Source of the DNA: Candidatus Heimdallarchaeota archaeon
GTDB taxonomy: Archaea > Asgardarchaeota > Heimdallarchaeia > Heimdallarchaeales > Heimdallarchaeaceae
Direction: 5' to 3'
DNA: 64,000 nucleotides
Assembly: GCA_030603365.1 (NCBI GenBank)
Contig: JAUVXV010000006.1
Span: 64,001 to 128,000, forward strand
Position 1 is the stretch's first letter, and each line of letters opens with the position of its first letter. Positions 20,816-29,572 of the stretch are shown in pieces. Made by a program: the position numbers and the translations under genes. The notes under the pieces were generated by a model that had not been told where the DNA came from, did no database searches, and worked only from the letters and a program-made list of their open reading frames with translations.

Positions 20816-22079
20816 TTTCATTAACATAGAAATTCCAAAGGAATGGCAAGTCAAGAGAATCAAAGATGTCTGCATTATTAATTCTGAGAATTTAAACCTC
20901 GATAAACTAAATGATTTTGATGAAATTTGCTACATAGATATTTCTAGTATAGATACTCAAAACTACCGAATACAAAAATACCAAAAAATACCAAAATCAA
21001 CTTTACCGAGTAGAGCTAGGAGAATAACAAAGAAAAATAACATAATTATTTCAACAGTGAGACCATATCTAAAAGCAACTGCTAAGATTGAAGCCAAACA
21101 CGATTATTTTGTGTGTTCAACTGGATTTGCAGTACTAGAAGCTAAAAATCAAATTGACCATGATTTTCTTTTTCAATGGGTTCTAGGTGAGAAATTTGTT
21201 AATTATTTAATATCTAATATGGTTGGTTCGAACTATCCAGCTGTAAATACTAAGGATATTGAAGACGGTCCTGTAATATTACCTCCTTATTCTGAACAGC
21301 AAATTATTTCCTCTATTCTCTCCAATGTTGACTCCATCATCCACCAAACTCAACAACTCATCAATAATTTGCAGCTCTTGAAGAAAGGATTGATGCAACA
21401 GCTCTTCTCTCAAGGAATAGGGCATAAGGAGTTTCAAGATACGAAACAAGGAAGGATACCTAAAGAGTGGGAAGTTGTGAAACTCGAACAATTAATTGAA
21501 GTAAAAAGTGGTAAAAGACTTCCCAAAGGTGAAAAATTTTCTAAAATACAAACTAGTTATCCATATATAAGAGTTCTAGATTTCAAAGATGGAACAATCA
21601 ATCTTAATAATTTAGAATATTTAACCCCTCAACTAAAGAAGATTTTGAATAAATATACGATTTCATCTGAGGATGTTTATATCTCAATTGCAGGCTCAAT
21701 TGGGATTGTTGGTCTGGTTCCAAATGAACTAAATAATGCTAATCTTACAGAAAATGCAGCTAATCTATCAATTAAAGAAAAGAAAAAATTGACTAAGGAG
21801 TTTCTGTACTATTACCTTGATTCAAGCATTGGACAAAAAGAAATTCGACTCAGGAAAACTATAACAACATTACCAAAATTAGCCTTTAAAAGAATAGAAA
21901 AAATTCCAATCGTCTTACCATCCATTCATGAACAAAAACAATTAACCTCTTTTTTGATAAATTTAGATCGAATCATAGAAGAAGAAATAGTTAATCTAAA
22001 TGAACTTATGAAAATAAAACAGGGGCTTATGCAAAATCTACTCACTGGGAAGAAGAGAGTTCCGATATCATTAACATAA
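20805..22079 (+). CDS. hsdS: Type I R-M specificity subunit (two TRDs)
   Basis: IPKEW occurs twice, PP..EQ..I, LKKGLMQQL / KQGLMQNLLTG conserved regions. Confidence 0.93.
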   Translation: MKSSFINIEIPKEWQVKRIKDVCIINSENLNLDKLNDFDEICYIDISSIDTQNYRIQKYQKIPKSTLPSRARRITKKNNIIISTVRPYLKATAKIEAKHDYFVCSTGFAVLEAKNQIDHDFLFQWVLGEKFVNYLISNMVGSNYPAVNTKDIEDGPVILPPYSEQQIISSILSNVDSIIHQTQQLINNLQLLKKGLMQQLFSQGIGHKEFQDTKQGRIPKEWEVVKLEQLIEVKSGKRLPKGEKFSKIQTSYPYIRVLDFKDGTINLNNLEYLTPQLKKILNKYTISSEDVYISIAGSIGIVGLVPNELNNANLTENAANLSIKEKKKLTKEFLYYYLDSSIGQKEIRLRKTITTLPKLAFKRIEKIPIVLPSIHEQKQLTSFLINLDRIIEEEIVNLNELMKIKQGLMQNLLTGKKRVPISLT

Positions 22080-22211
22080 TATCTTATTTTGAAGGTTCAG
22101 CAATATTATTACTTGAGAATCTTAATAGCAATGCAAAATCTTACAAAACTTAAAATAGAGATATAAGATTTAAGTAAAATGTTAATTGATTAAGAAAATG
22201 CTGGTGATTTA

Positions 22212-25200
22212 GTGGATTTAGTCAAATGGAATGAAAAAAATGAATCAGAAGAGCCTGCACTAAAACTTCTAGAACAACTAGGATATCTAAGAAGGTTAGC
22301 TGATGAACTCACTAATTTATCATCAGAAGCTGAAAGAACTTCACTTAGGCAAGTAATTCTTTTAGAAACTCTTAAGCAAAAAATGAAGGATCTGAATCCT
22401 TGGATAGATGACACCAATATTAAGAATATAATTAGAGATTTAACTATTGTTTCTACATCCAGTCATACTGAATCCAATGAGCTAATCTGGCAATATTTCT
22501 CTAAGAAAGATAAGCTCTTTGTTGATCAAGACTTCAAAGACGGCAAAGGTCGTCGCAAGAGAGGAGTCACGTTAATTGATTGGGATAATCCAGAGAACAA
22601 TGATTTCACTGTTACTGATCAATTCAAAGTCAATGCTCCTAAAGGCAATCGTATTCCTGATATTGTTGTTTTCATTAATGGTCTACCTTTAATTGTCATC
22701 GAGTGTAAGAGTCCTATAATTACTAATCCTCTCACTCAAGCCATTCGTCAAGTACGAGAATATCAAAAAACAATTCCCAAACTCTTTCATTACAATCAAA
22801 TTATCATTGTTACTTCTGGACAATCTGCTAGATATGGTGTTATTGGTAATTCTTATGAAGAATACAAATCTTGGAAAGAACCTTATCCTATCAATATCTC
22901 AGAACTAGAAGAGATTGTTAAGAAGACAGGTAGGAAAAATCCTTCTCCTACTCCTCAAGATATCACTCTTTACGGTTTGTTGGAAAAACGAAATCTCCTA
23001 GATCTCATTCGTAATTTCATTATTTACGAAACTAGACATGGAAAGAAAGTAAAGAAAATAGCTCGATATCAGCAATTCCGAGCTGTTAACAAAACTGTGA
23101 ACAGAATACTTACTGAGAAAGATGTTCATCAAAGAGGTGGGACAATCTGGCACACTCAAGGTTCAGGTAAATCCCTTACTATGCTCTTTACTGCTATAAA
23201 GCTTAAAAGAGAAAAATCTCTTATGAATCCTCTTCTTGCCTTCGTTACTGATAGGATAGATCTTGTCAGACAACTCAGAGATACTTTCGATAATTGTGGT
23301 TTTTCAAATCCACAAAAAGCTAAGAATGTTGATCATCTGCAGGAATTAGTCAAAACAGGACAGGGGATTACTATTTTTACTACTATCCAGAAATTCCATA
23401 CTCGAGATGCTGATAGACGAACAGGCATTTCTAGAACTGGGATGGTTTTTCCTGAATTAAACAGTGATGAAAATATTATTGTTCTTGTTGATGAAGCTCA
23501 TCGTTCTCAATACAAGTACTTTGCAATTAATCTGAGAAAAAGCATGCCTAATGCAGCTTATATTGCTTATACTGGAACACCTTTAGCCAAAAATGAGAAA
23601 AACGAAAGAATGACAGTTGGTAAAGGAAAAACTGTTCGAACCTTTGGCTCATTCATAGATATTTATGATATCCGTCAATCTGTTGAAGATGAAGCAACTG
23701 TCAAGATTCTATACGAAAGTCGATTGTCTGATCTTCGCTTGGAAGGAGAAACCATTGATGAAATCTTCGAGAGAGTATTTGCAAATTTAACAGTTGCAGA
23801 ACGCGAGAAGATCAAGAATAAGTACGCAAACGTTGATGCTATACTTGCAGCTGAAGAACGAATTAAGAGAATAACTCTAGATATAGTTGAACATTACACA
23901 CAGCATATTTTACCTAATGACTTCAAAGCTCAGGTTGTGGTAAATAGTAGAGAACTAGCTGTTAGATACAAGAAATACCTTGAACGATTTAATGCCCCTG
24001 AATCTGTTGTGATAATATCTGCTAATCCTCGATATGATGAGGAGTTAAAGAAGAAATATGAAGTTGATTTTGTAACTGATAAGTCTAAACAAGATTTAAT
24101 GATTGACCGATTTAAAGATCCTGAAGACTCATTGAAAATTCTTGTTGTTTGCGATATGCTAATCACTGGTTTTGATGCCCCAATCGAGCAAGTCATGTAC
24201 TTGGATAAATCTTTAAGAGAACACACTCTGCTTCAAGCTATCGCAAGGGTTAACAGAACCTATGAAAATAAAACTCATGGTCTAATCGTTGATTACTATG
24301 GTGTCTCTAACAATCTTGAAGAGGCTTTAGAAATCTTTGATAAACCAGATATAGAAGGTTTCATGAAAGATATTAAGACCGAATTACCCAAACTTGAGCA
24401 ATATCATCGCAAAGCTATAAGCCACTTTGAGGGATTTGATTTAACTGATTTGAACAATTGTGTTTTAGTTTTGGAACCTGAGGATACTAGGGCTAGTTTC
24501 CATCATGATTGTAAGAAATTTGCACAAACCCTAGATATAGTACTACCTGATCCTGCTGGAGAGAAGTACTTGCCTGATCTTAAGAAACTTGGAGAGATAG
24601 TTATAGCTGCTCGTAATCGTTTTAGAGAAGAAAGTCTTGATATTGTAGGTTTTGGTGGTAAAGTACGAGAGATTATAGATGAACACATTCGCGCAACCAA
24701 GATAATCCAACTAGTTGAGCCTGTTTCTATTTTATCTGACAAATTCAATGAAGTTCTTGAAGCTCTGAAAGATGAAAAAGCTGTCGCAAGTGAGATGGAA
24801 CATGCCATAAAACATCAAATCACGATTAAGGTTATAGAAGACCCGGCATTTTATACGAGTTTAAGAAAAAGACTAGAAGAGATAATCAAAGAGTATAAAG
24901 AGCATCGAATAAGTCTTGCTGAAAAGATAAACAAACTCAAAGCAATTGCTCAAGATATAAAAGCTAGACCTGATGTAGCAAAATTTCTAGGTTTGAATAC
25001 AGCTGAGATGGCCTTCTATAATATTTTCAAGAGAGAGTTAGAAGAAATAGAAATAAGTGATAGCAGAGAGATAGTCAGGTTTACTTATGAGACCCTGGAG
25101 AGTATAGAACCCCTAGTCTCAATCGTTGATTGGCATCTCAAATCAGATATTCTAAGACAAATTAGAAGAGCCTGTAAGCAAAAGTTCTTTGAACTTCAAG

Positions 25201-25286
25201 AGGAATTTCCAATTCCATCAGAACTACATCAAGCTCTTTCGCAACAGATTGTTGAATTAGCTAAAGTCCACTTTGTTGCTAGTTAA
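22212..25286 (+). CDS. hsdR: Type I R-M restriction subunit
   Basis: PDIVVFINGLPLIVIECK nuclease motif, HTQGSGKS, DEAHRSQY, TGTP, QAIARVNR. Confidence 0.95.
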   Translation: MDLVKWNEKNESEEPALKLLEQLGYLRRLADELTNLSSEAERTSLRQVILLETLKQKMKDLNPWIDDTNIKNIIRDLTIVSTSSHTESNELIWQYFSKKDKLFVDQDFKDGKGRRKRGVTLIDWDNPENNDFTVTDQFKVNAPKGNRIPDIVVFINGLPLIVIECKSPIITNPLTQAIRQVREYQKTIPKLFHYNQIIIVTSGQSARYGVIGNSYEEYKSWKEPYPINISELEEIVKKTGRKNPSPTPQDITLYGLLEKRNLLDLIRNFIIYETRHGKKVKKIARYQQFRAVNKTVNRILTEKDVHQRGGTIWHTQGSGKSLTMLFTAIKLKREKSLMNPLLAFVTDRIDLVRQLRDTFDNCGFSNPQKAKNVDHLQELVKTGQGITIFTTIQKFHTRDADRRTGISRTGMVFPELNSDENIIVLVDEAHRSQYKYFAINLRKSMPNAAYIAYTGTPLAKNEKNERMTVGKGKTVRTFGSFIDIYDIRQSVEDEATVKILYESRLSDLRLEGETIDEIFERVFANLTVAEREKIKNKYANVDAILAAEERIKRITLDIVEHYTQHILPNDFKAQVVVNSRELAVRYKKYLERFNAPESVVIISANPRYDEELKKKYEVDFVTDKSKQDLMIDRFKDPEDSLKILVVCDMLITGFDAPIEQVMYLDKSLREHTLLQAIARVNRTYENKTHGLIVDYYGVSNNLEEALEIFDKPDIEGFMKDIKTELPKLEQYHRKAISHFEGFDLTDLNNCVLVLEPEDTRASFHHDCKKFAQTLDIVLPDPAGEKYLPDLKKLGEIVIAARNRFREESLDIVGFGGKVREIIDEHIRATKIIQLVEPVSILSDKFNEVLEALKDEKAVASEMEHAIKHQITIKVIEDPAFYTSLRKRLEEIIKEYKEHRISLAEKINKLKAIAQDIKARPDVAKFLGLNTAEMAFYNIFKRELEEIEISDSREIVRFTYETLESIEPLVSIVDWHLKSDILRQIRRACKQKFFELQEEFPIPSELHQALSQQIVELAKVHFVAS

Positions 25287-25324
25287 TATATGAAAGTGTC
25301 TATATACTATTAAGAGGAACTGCC

Positions 25325-26071
25325 ATGCCTAAGACTTCTCCAAAAATCAGTTTCGGTGAAACGAGTTTTGCTTATTCTATCATTAGAACAAATAGAACTA
25401 CAATAGCTATCATTGTTGAACCTGATGGTAGTGTTATAGTTCGAGCTCCTTATGATCTATCTGAAGAAACCGTTGAAGAAAAAGTAAGAGAGAAGAGGAG
25501 ATGGGTAGCAGAAAAACTCACTAAAACTGATGAAATAGTTAAACCTGTACCTAAGAGAAGAGAATTAGTAAGTGGGGAAAAGATCAAACTCAAGGACAAA
25601 CTAATCAGATTGAAAATTCACCATTTCGATAAAAGAAGAACTGTAGTAGAATTAGACAAAAATACTCTTCATATCTATATTAATAAGGATTTGAATGAAT
25701 TAGAAAGAAAAGAGGAATTGAAGAAAGTTCTCTTGAAATGGTATAAAGAACAAGCAAAAGATATCATTTCTACTAGAGTTGATAAATTCTCAAAATCATT
25801 TGATCTTAAACCAAACGGGATAGTTATTAGAAGTCAACAACTGAGATGGGGGAGCTGTACAAAGAATAACATATTGAACTTCAATTGGCGTATTGTAATG
25901 GCGCCTATTTCAGCAATAGATTATATTGTTGTTCATGAATTGTGTCATCTCAAAGAACCTCTTCATTCAATTGAATTTTGGAATTTGCTAGAATCACACT
26001 TCCCTGAATACAATAAATGGAAAGAGTGGTTAAGAATAAATGGTTTAACTCTTGATTTAAAATTTGAATAA
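25325..26071 (+). CDS. YgjP/DUF45 (M48-like) metal-dependent hydrolase, common neighbour of hsdR
   Basis: RWGSC, LNFNW, DYIVVHELCHL (HExxH), H...FW. Confidence 0.88.
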   Translation: MPKTSPKISFGETSFAYSIIRTNRTTIAIIVEPDGSVIVRAPYDLSEETVEEKVREKRRWVAEKLTKTDEIVKPVPKRRELVSGEKIKLKDKLIRLKIHHFDKRRTVVELDKNTLHIYINKDLNELERKEELKKVLLKWYKEQAKDIISTRVDKFSKSFDLKPNGIVIRSQQLRWGSCTKNNILNFNWRIVMAPISAIDYIVVHELCHLKEPLHSIEFWNLLESHFPEYNKWKEWLRINGLTLDLKFE

Positions 26072-26148
26072 TAGATGAAAACTAAGAAATTATTCTTAAT
26101 TTCTACTATATTTTTATAAACCTGAAAACAATATTAACTCTGATTAAA

Positions 26149-26694
26149 GTGTGTTTCAAACAAATTAAAAATATCTTGAAAAAGAAGAATAAACCAAGTA
26201 TTTATGATTACAATCTTACAGATAAGGAATACTATGGTAAGAGTAAAAAATCGTATGAAAAAGATAAATATCAAGATCACCTAATTGATCAATATCGGAT
26301 ATTAACTGATAAAGCTGATAGAATAAGTGATAAAAGAGCAGTTACAAATGGTTTTTTTCTAACACTAAACACAATTATTGGAACAGCCAGCATAGTTCTA
26401 ATTGACATAATTAGTAATTCTTTATTCATAATACCTCTAAGTGTAATTGGCATACTGTTCTCATTGCTTTGGTTTGGTATGATAAGGAATTATAAGAAAT
26501 TAAATACAGCAAAGTTCAATGTAATCAATAAGATTGAAGAGAAATTACCTATAAAAGGCTTTTATGCTGAATGGGAAATTTTAAAGAAAAAGATGAAATA
26601 TAAAGGATTATCAGAATTTGAAAAATGGATTCCTTGGTTCATTATACTAATGTATTGTGTGTTAATAGGATTCTCTATTTATTCATTTGTATAA
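26149..26694 (+). CDS. Three-TM membrane protein, candidate pore-forming effector (resembles RipA-like small integral membrane proteins)
   Basis: QY....ADRISDKR..TNGFFLTLNT, two TM helices, Y..LN.AKF.VI..IEEKLP...F..EW, terminal TM helix. Confidence 0.65.
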   Translation: MCFKQIKNILKKKNKPSIYDYNLTDKEYYGKSKKSYEKDKYQDHLIDQYRILTDKADRISDKRAVTNGFFLTLNTIIGTASIVLIDIISNSLFIIPLSVIGILFSLLWFGMIRNYKKLNTAKFNVINKIEEKLPIKGFYAEWEILKKKMKYKGLSEFEKWIPWFIILMYCVLIGFSIYSFV

Positions 26695-26750
26695 TTGAAT
26701 CTCATAAATAGCTAGAAAGTTTTTTATTTACAGTATCTATTAGCTAAATT

Positions 26751-27152
26751 ATGGCAATGATTTATGTTTGCTATGAGAGTGGAGATATAAAATATAGAAA
26801 TGATTTCGCTAGCATGATGCTTAATCAAAATAATCAAATTACAGATATACCTGTTACAGATAAAGAAAATAAACGTCCAGAAGGTCCTGAAGCTGTTAAG
26901 AGATATATTTTAAGCTTAATGAGAGATTGTGCTGCAGTAGCTGTATTAGTTGGTAGAAACACACACAATGCTCCGGTTGTCCGATGGGAACTTGAAGTGG
27001 CAAATTCTCAAAACAAGAAAATACTCGCGATTAAAATTCCTACTACTTCAGGAGGACTTCCTCCTTTATTAAAAACGATTGGAATTCAAACAATTGAGTG
27101 GGATCCACAACTGATTGAGGAAGAATTATCCAGATTATTCGGTAGAGAATAG
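26751..27152 (+). CDS. TIR-like domain protein (DUF1863/ThsB-like), copy 1
   Basis: IYVCY, VAVLVGRNTH...VRWELEVA with the catalytic-position Glu, IEWD. Confidence 0.8.
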   Translation: MAMIYVCYESGDIKYRNDFASMMLNQNNQITDIPVTDKENKRPEGPEAVKRYILSLMRDCAAVAVLVGRNTHNAPVVRWELEVANSQNKKILAIKIPTTSGGLPPLLKTIGIQTIEWDPQLIEEELSRLFGRE

Positions 27153-27168
27153 AATAAATGTGATTGAT

Positions 27169-27423
27169 ATGATGGATAAGAAATGTATGTTTCGAAAACC
27201 TGAATCGCCTAAATGTCAAGAAGAAGGGTTCAATTGTTTAGAACTGAAAATGTTTCATCCTCTAACTGAGAGAAATTCAAAACAAATTTGGTTTTTATGT
27301 GATGAGCACCTAGATAAATTTCTTAAGACAGATGGGAAGGATTGGATTAAATGGAAGAAGGAGGAGAAAAACAAAATGAGCATTAGCTATGTATTGGATT
27401 TCAAAATTAATTATCTACTCTAG
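27169..27423 (+). CDS. Small Cys/His (putative Zn-binding) protein
   Basis: In-frame ATG at 27169; C-x9-C-x6-C...CDEH; lies within a co-directional cluster. Confidence 0.5.
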   Translation: MMDKKCMFRKPESPKCQEEGFNCLELKMFHPLTERNSKQIWFLCDEHLDKFLKTDGKDWIKWKKEEKNKMSISYVLDFKINYLL

Positions 27424-27444
27424 AGAATCCAACTGAATAATTAG

Positions 27445-28044
27445 GTGCAAAGAATGGAAAAAGTAGTAGTTTTGATGTCAGGTGGCATAGATTCTTTTCT
27501 AATGTGTAAAATTCTTTCTGAAAATTATGAACTATATCCCCTTTTTGTGGATTATGGGCATTTAGCAGCTAATCAAGAACAAAAAACTGTTTTGAAACAA
27601 ATAAAATTTCTCAATCTTAATTCAGCAAAATTGGTTAAAATCCCTGACTTAGGACTTAAAAATAGTTTAACTTTAGAAGAAGAATATAAAGATGATTTTT
27701 ATCCAGGAAGGAATCTTCTCTTGCTTATAATAGCTGCACAATTCGCCATAGGAATGAATATAGAAAGGATTGCTTTGGGTATAATAAGGAGCGAAAGAGT
27801 TTTTTCAGATTCCACTTCGTTTTTCATTCAAAGAGCTGAACAATTAATTTCTGATAGCGTTAATAAACAAATGACTATTTTCACTCCAATTTCTGATTTA
27901 CAAAAGAATGAAGTTGTAGAGTTAGCTAAAGAGCTAGAACTACCTCTTAGTCATTCCTACTCTTGTCAAAAAGGAGATTTGAAAGAATGTGGCAAATGTC
28001 TTTCATGTCTGGAATTAGATAAAGCTATTTTAGAAAATAAATGA
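27445..28044 (+). CDS. QueC-like (7-cyano-7-deazaguanine synthase family; Cap9-like) PP-loop ATPase
   Basis: SGGIDS PP-loop, DYGH, YPGRNLLL, SYSC...CGKCLSC Zn site; only 199 aa, with FSDST where canonical QueC has YPDC. Confidence 0.88.
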   Translation: MQRMEKVVVLMSGGIDSFLMCKILSENYELYPLFVDYGHLAANQEQKTVLKQIKFLNLNSAKLVKIPDLGLKNSLTLEEEYKDDFYPGRNLLLLIIAAQFAIGMNIERIALGIIRSERVFSDSTSFFIQRAEQLISDSVNKQMTIFTPISDLQKNEVVELAKELELPLSHSYSCQKGDLKECGKCLSCLELDKAILENK

Positions 28045-28120
28045 TTTTCATTCTTTTGGACAGAAAGATTTTAATTTTATAATTAGTTATATTATTAAAC
28101 AAAAAGGATGTGGAGGATTA

Positions 28121-29017
28121 ATGAAAATACTTAAGCAATTCGGATATGGGAGAATAGTTGAATTGAAAATTAATAATCTTCAGAGATACACTCCAATGTT
28201 TATTCCTGCTTTATCGAGTGCAAGTAGAAAAAACGATTTCTTAAATGCTAAAAGATGGGTAAAAAGAGTAAAACCTGTGGATTTCTTAATTTCAGCTTAT
28301 GATTACATAGAAGATTTTAAGGATCTAAAGATTAAGAAAGATTCTTTTGTAACATTAGACAGTGGGGGTTATGAGCTCAGAAACATCATAAAACCAAAAC
28401 AATGGACTCTTGATTCTTATTTAGAGATAATTGATAAAATCCATCCAGATATGATTATATCCCTTGATCATCCTGAAAACAACTTTACTCAATCAATTAG
28501 CTGTTTTGAGCAAATAAAAGAAAGCTATTCTAACAATTCTTATCTACAATTCGTAATTGCTGAAACTAAAAAAGAAAAGATCCCAGATTCAGTAATAAAT
28601 ACTTTACAACTGATTGAACTAGATGTTATTGGGATTCCAGAAGTGAATCTAGGAAAAAATCTAGAAGAAAGATTACAAAGTATTCAGTCTATAGTTAAGA
28701 TTCTTAGCTCTATGCAGAATCCAACCCTTCTACATATCTTAGGCTGCAGTGATCCTGAGATGATTAAGAAATATGCATTATCTGGAGCAGATATATTTGA
28801 TGGGCTAGGTTGGTATAGACAAGTTGTTGATATTTCAGATAATGAAAACTTTAAATTCACTAATTTCGCAAATTTGGATAGTGATTGTGAATGTAAAGCA
28901 TGTAAATTAACACTAACTGAAGACTATGAAGAAAAGGTTTTTGCTCACAACTACTTAGCTTATTATGCTTTGATGGAACAAATAAGAGAGATGATTATCA
29001 AAGGAAGTGAAATCTAA
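28121..29017 (+). CDS. tRNA-guanine transglycosylase-like protein (Cap10-like)
   Basis: TPMFIP, DSGGY, LHILG, ADIFDG, CECKAC...HN Zn site; lacks the C-terminal PUA domains of archaeal ArcTGT. Confidence 0.82.
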   Translation: MKILKQFGYGRIVELKINNLQRYTPMFIPALSSASRKNDFLNAKRWVKRVKPVDFLISAYDYIEDFKDLKIKKDSFVTLDSGGYELRNIIKPKQWTLDSYLEIIDKIHPDMIISLDHPENNFTQSISCFEQIKESYSNNSYLQFVIAETKKEKIPDSVINTLQLIELDVIGIPEVNLGKNLEERLQSIQSIVKILSSMQNPTLLHILGCSDPEMIKKYALSGADIFDGLGWYRQVVDISDNENFKFTNFANLDSDCECKACKLTLTEDYEEKVFAHNYLAYYALMEQIREMIIKGSEI

Positions 29018-29538
29018 TGGGTGGAGGAAGCAGTGGAGTATATAATCCACCAAGTAGATCGGCGACATATGGAAAAGATTTAAAGAATCAAGCAAATGAA
29101 AGTATAAGAAACACAGAAATGAGATTGCAAAGGAGACTTACTGATTTTTCCTATGAACCCCGTAATGTGTTCATCAGCTTTCATACTGTGGATGAAATGC
29201 AAGTAAAGCTCTTAAGATACCAAGCAAAGGATGATAGATTCGATTTTGCTTTTCGGGATTATTCAGTTCAAGAACCTTTCTCAGATAAATGGAAAACGAG
29301 AGTAAAAGAGAGAATAAAGAGAAGTGATTATACTATTTGCTTGATTGGTGAAGATACACATTCTAGAGAAGCTGTTAATTGGGAATTGAATCAAAGCTAT
29401 AAAATGGATAAGAAGGTAGTTGGTGTTAGAATTTATCGTGATGCAAAACACAAAATACCAGAACCAATAAAGAGAAATAAATCAAAAGTAGTTGACTGGA
29501 ATCTTGGAGATATCATGGAGCAATTATCTGAAGAATAA
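29017..29538 (+). CDS. TIR-like domain protein (DUF1863/ThsB-like), copy 2, with Gly-rich N-terminal extension
   Basis: Starts MGGGSSGVY; RNVFISF, DYSV.EPF, TICLIGEDTHSREAVNWEL, VVDW; TAATG overlap with the TGT-like gene. Confidence 0.85.
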   Translation: MGGGSSGVYNPPSRSATYGKDLKNQANESIRNTEMRLQRRLTDFSYEPRNVFISFHTVDEMQVKLLRYQAKDDRFDFAFRDYSVQEPFSDKWKTRVKERIKRSDYTICLIGEDTHSREAVNWELNQSYKMDKKVVGVRIYRDAKHKIPEPIKRNKSKVVDWNLGDIMEQLSEE

Positions 29539-29572
29539 AATTCAATAAGAAAAAAGATGATTCACAAACTTA

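Noticed and set aside
27445-29017. Housekeeping archaeosine/queuosine genes (queC, tgtA)
   Set aside because: No folE, queD, queE or arcS nearby; the TGT-like protein is short and lacks PUA domains; the context is TIR and defence genes. Gene symbols were therefore withheld.
27445-29017. Dpd-type 7-deazaguanine DNA modification system
   Set aside because: No recognisable dpdB, dpdC or dpdD-K genes in the window. It cannot be fully excluded without an HMM comparison to DpdA.
26751-29538. Canonical Thoeris (thsA-thsB)
   Set aside because: No SIR2-SLOG or Macro-domain ThsA is adjacent.
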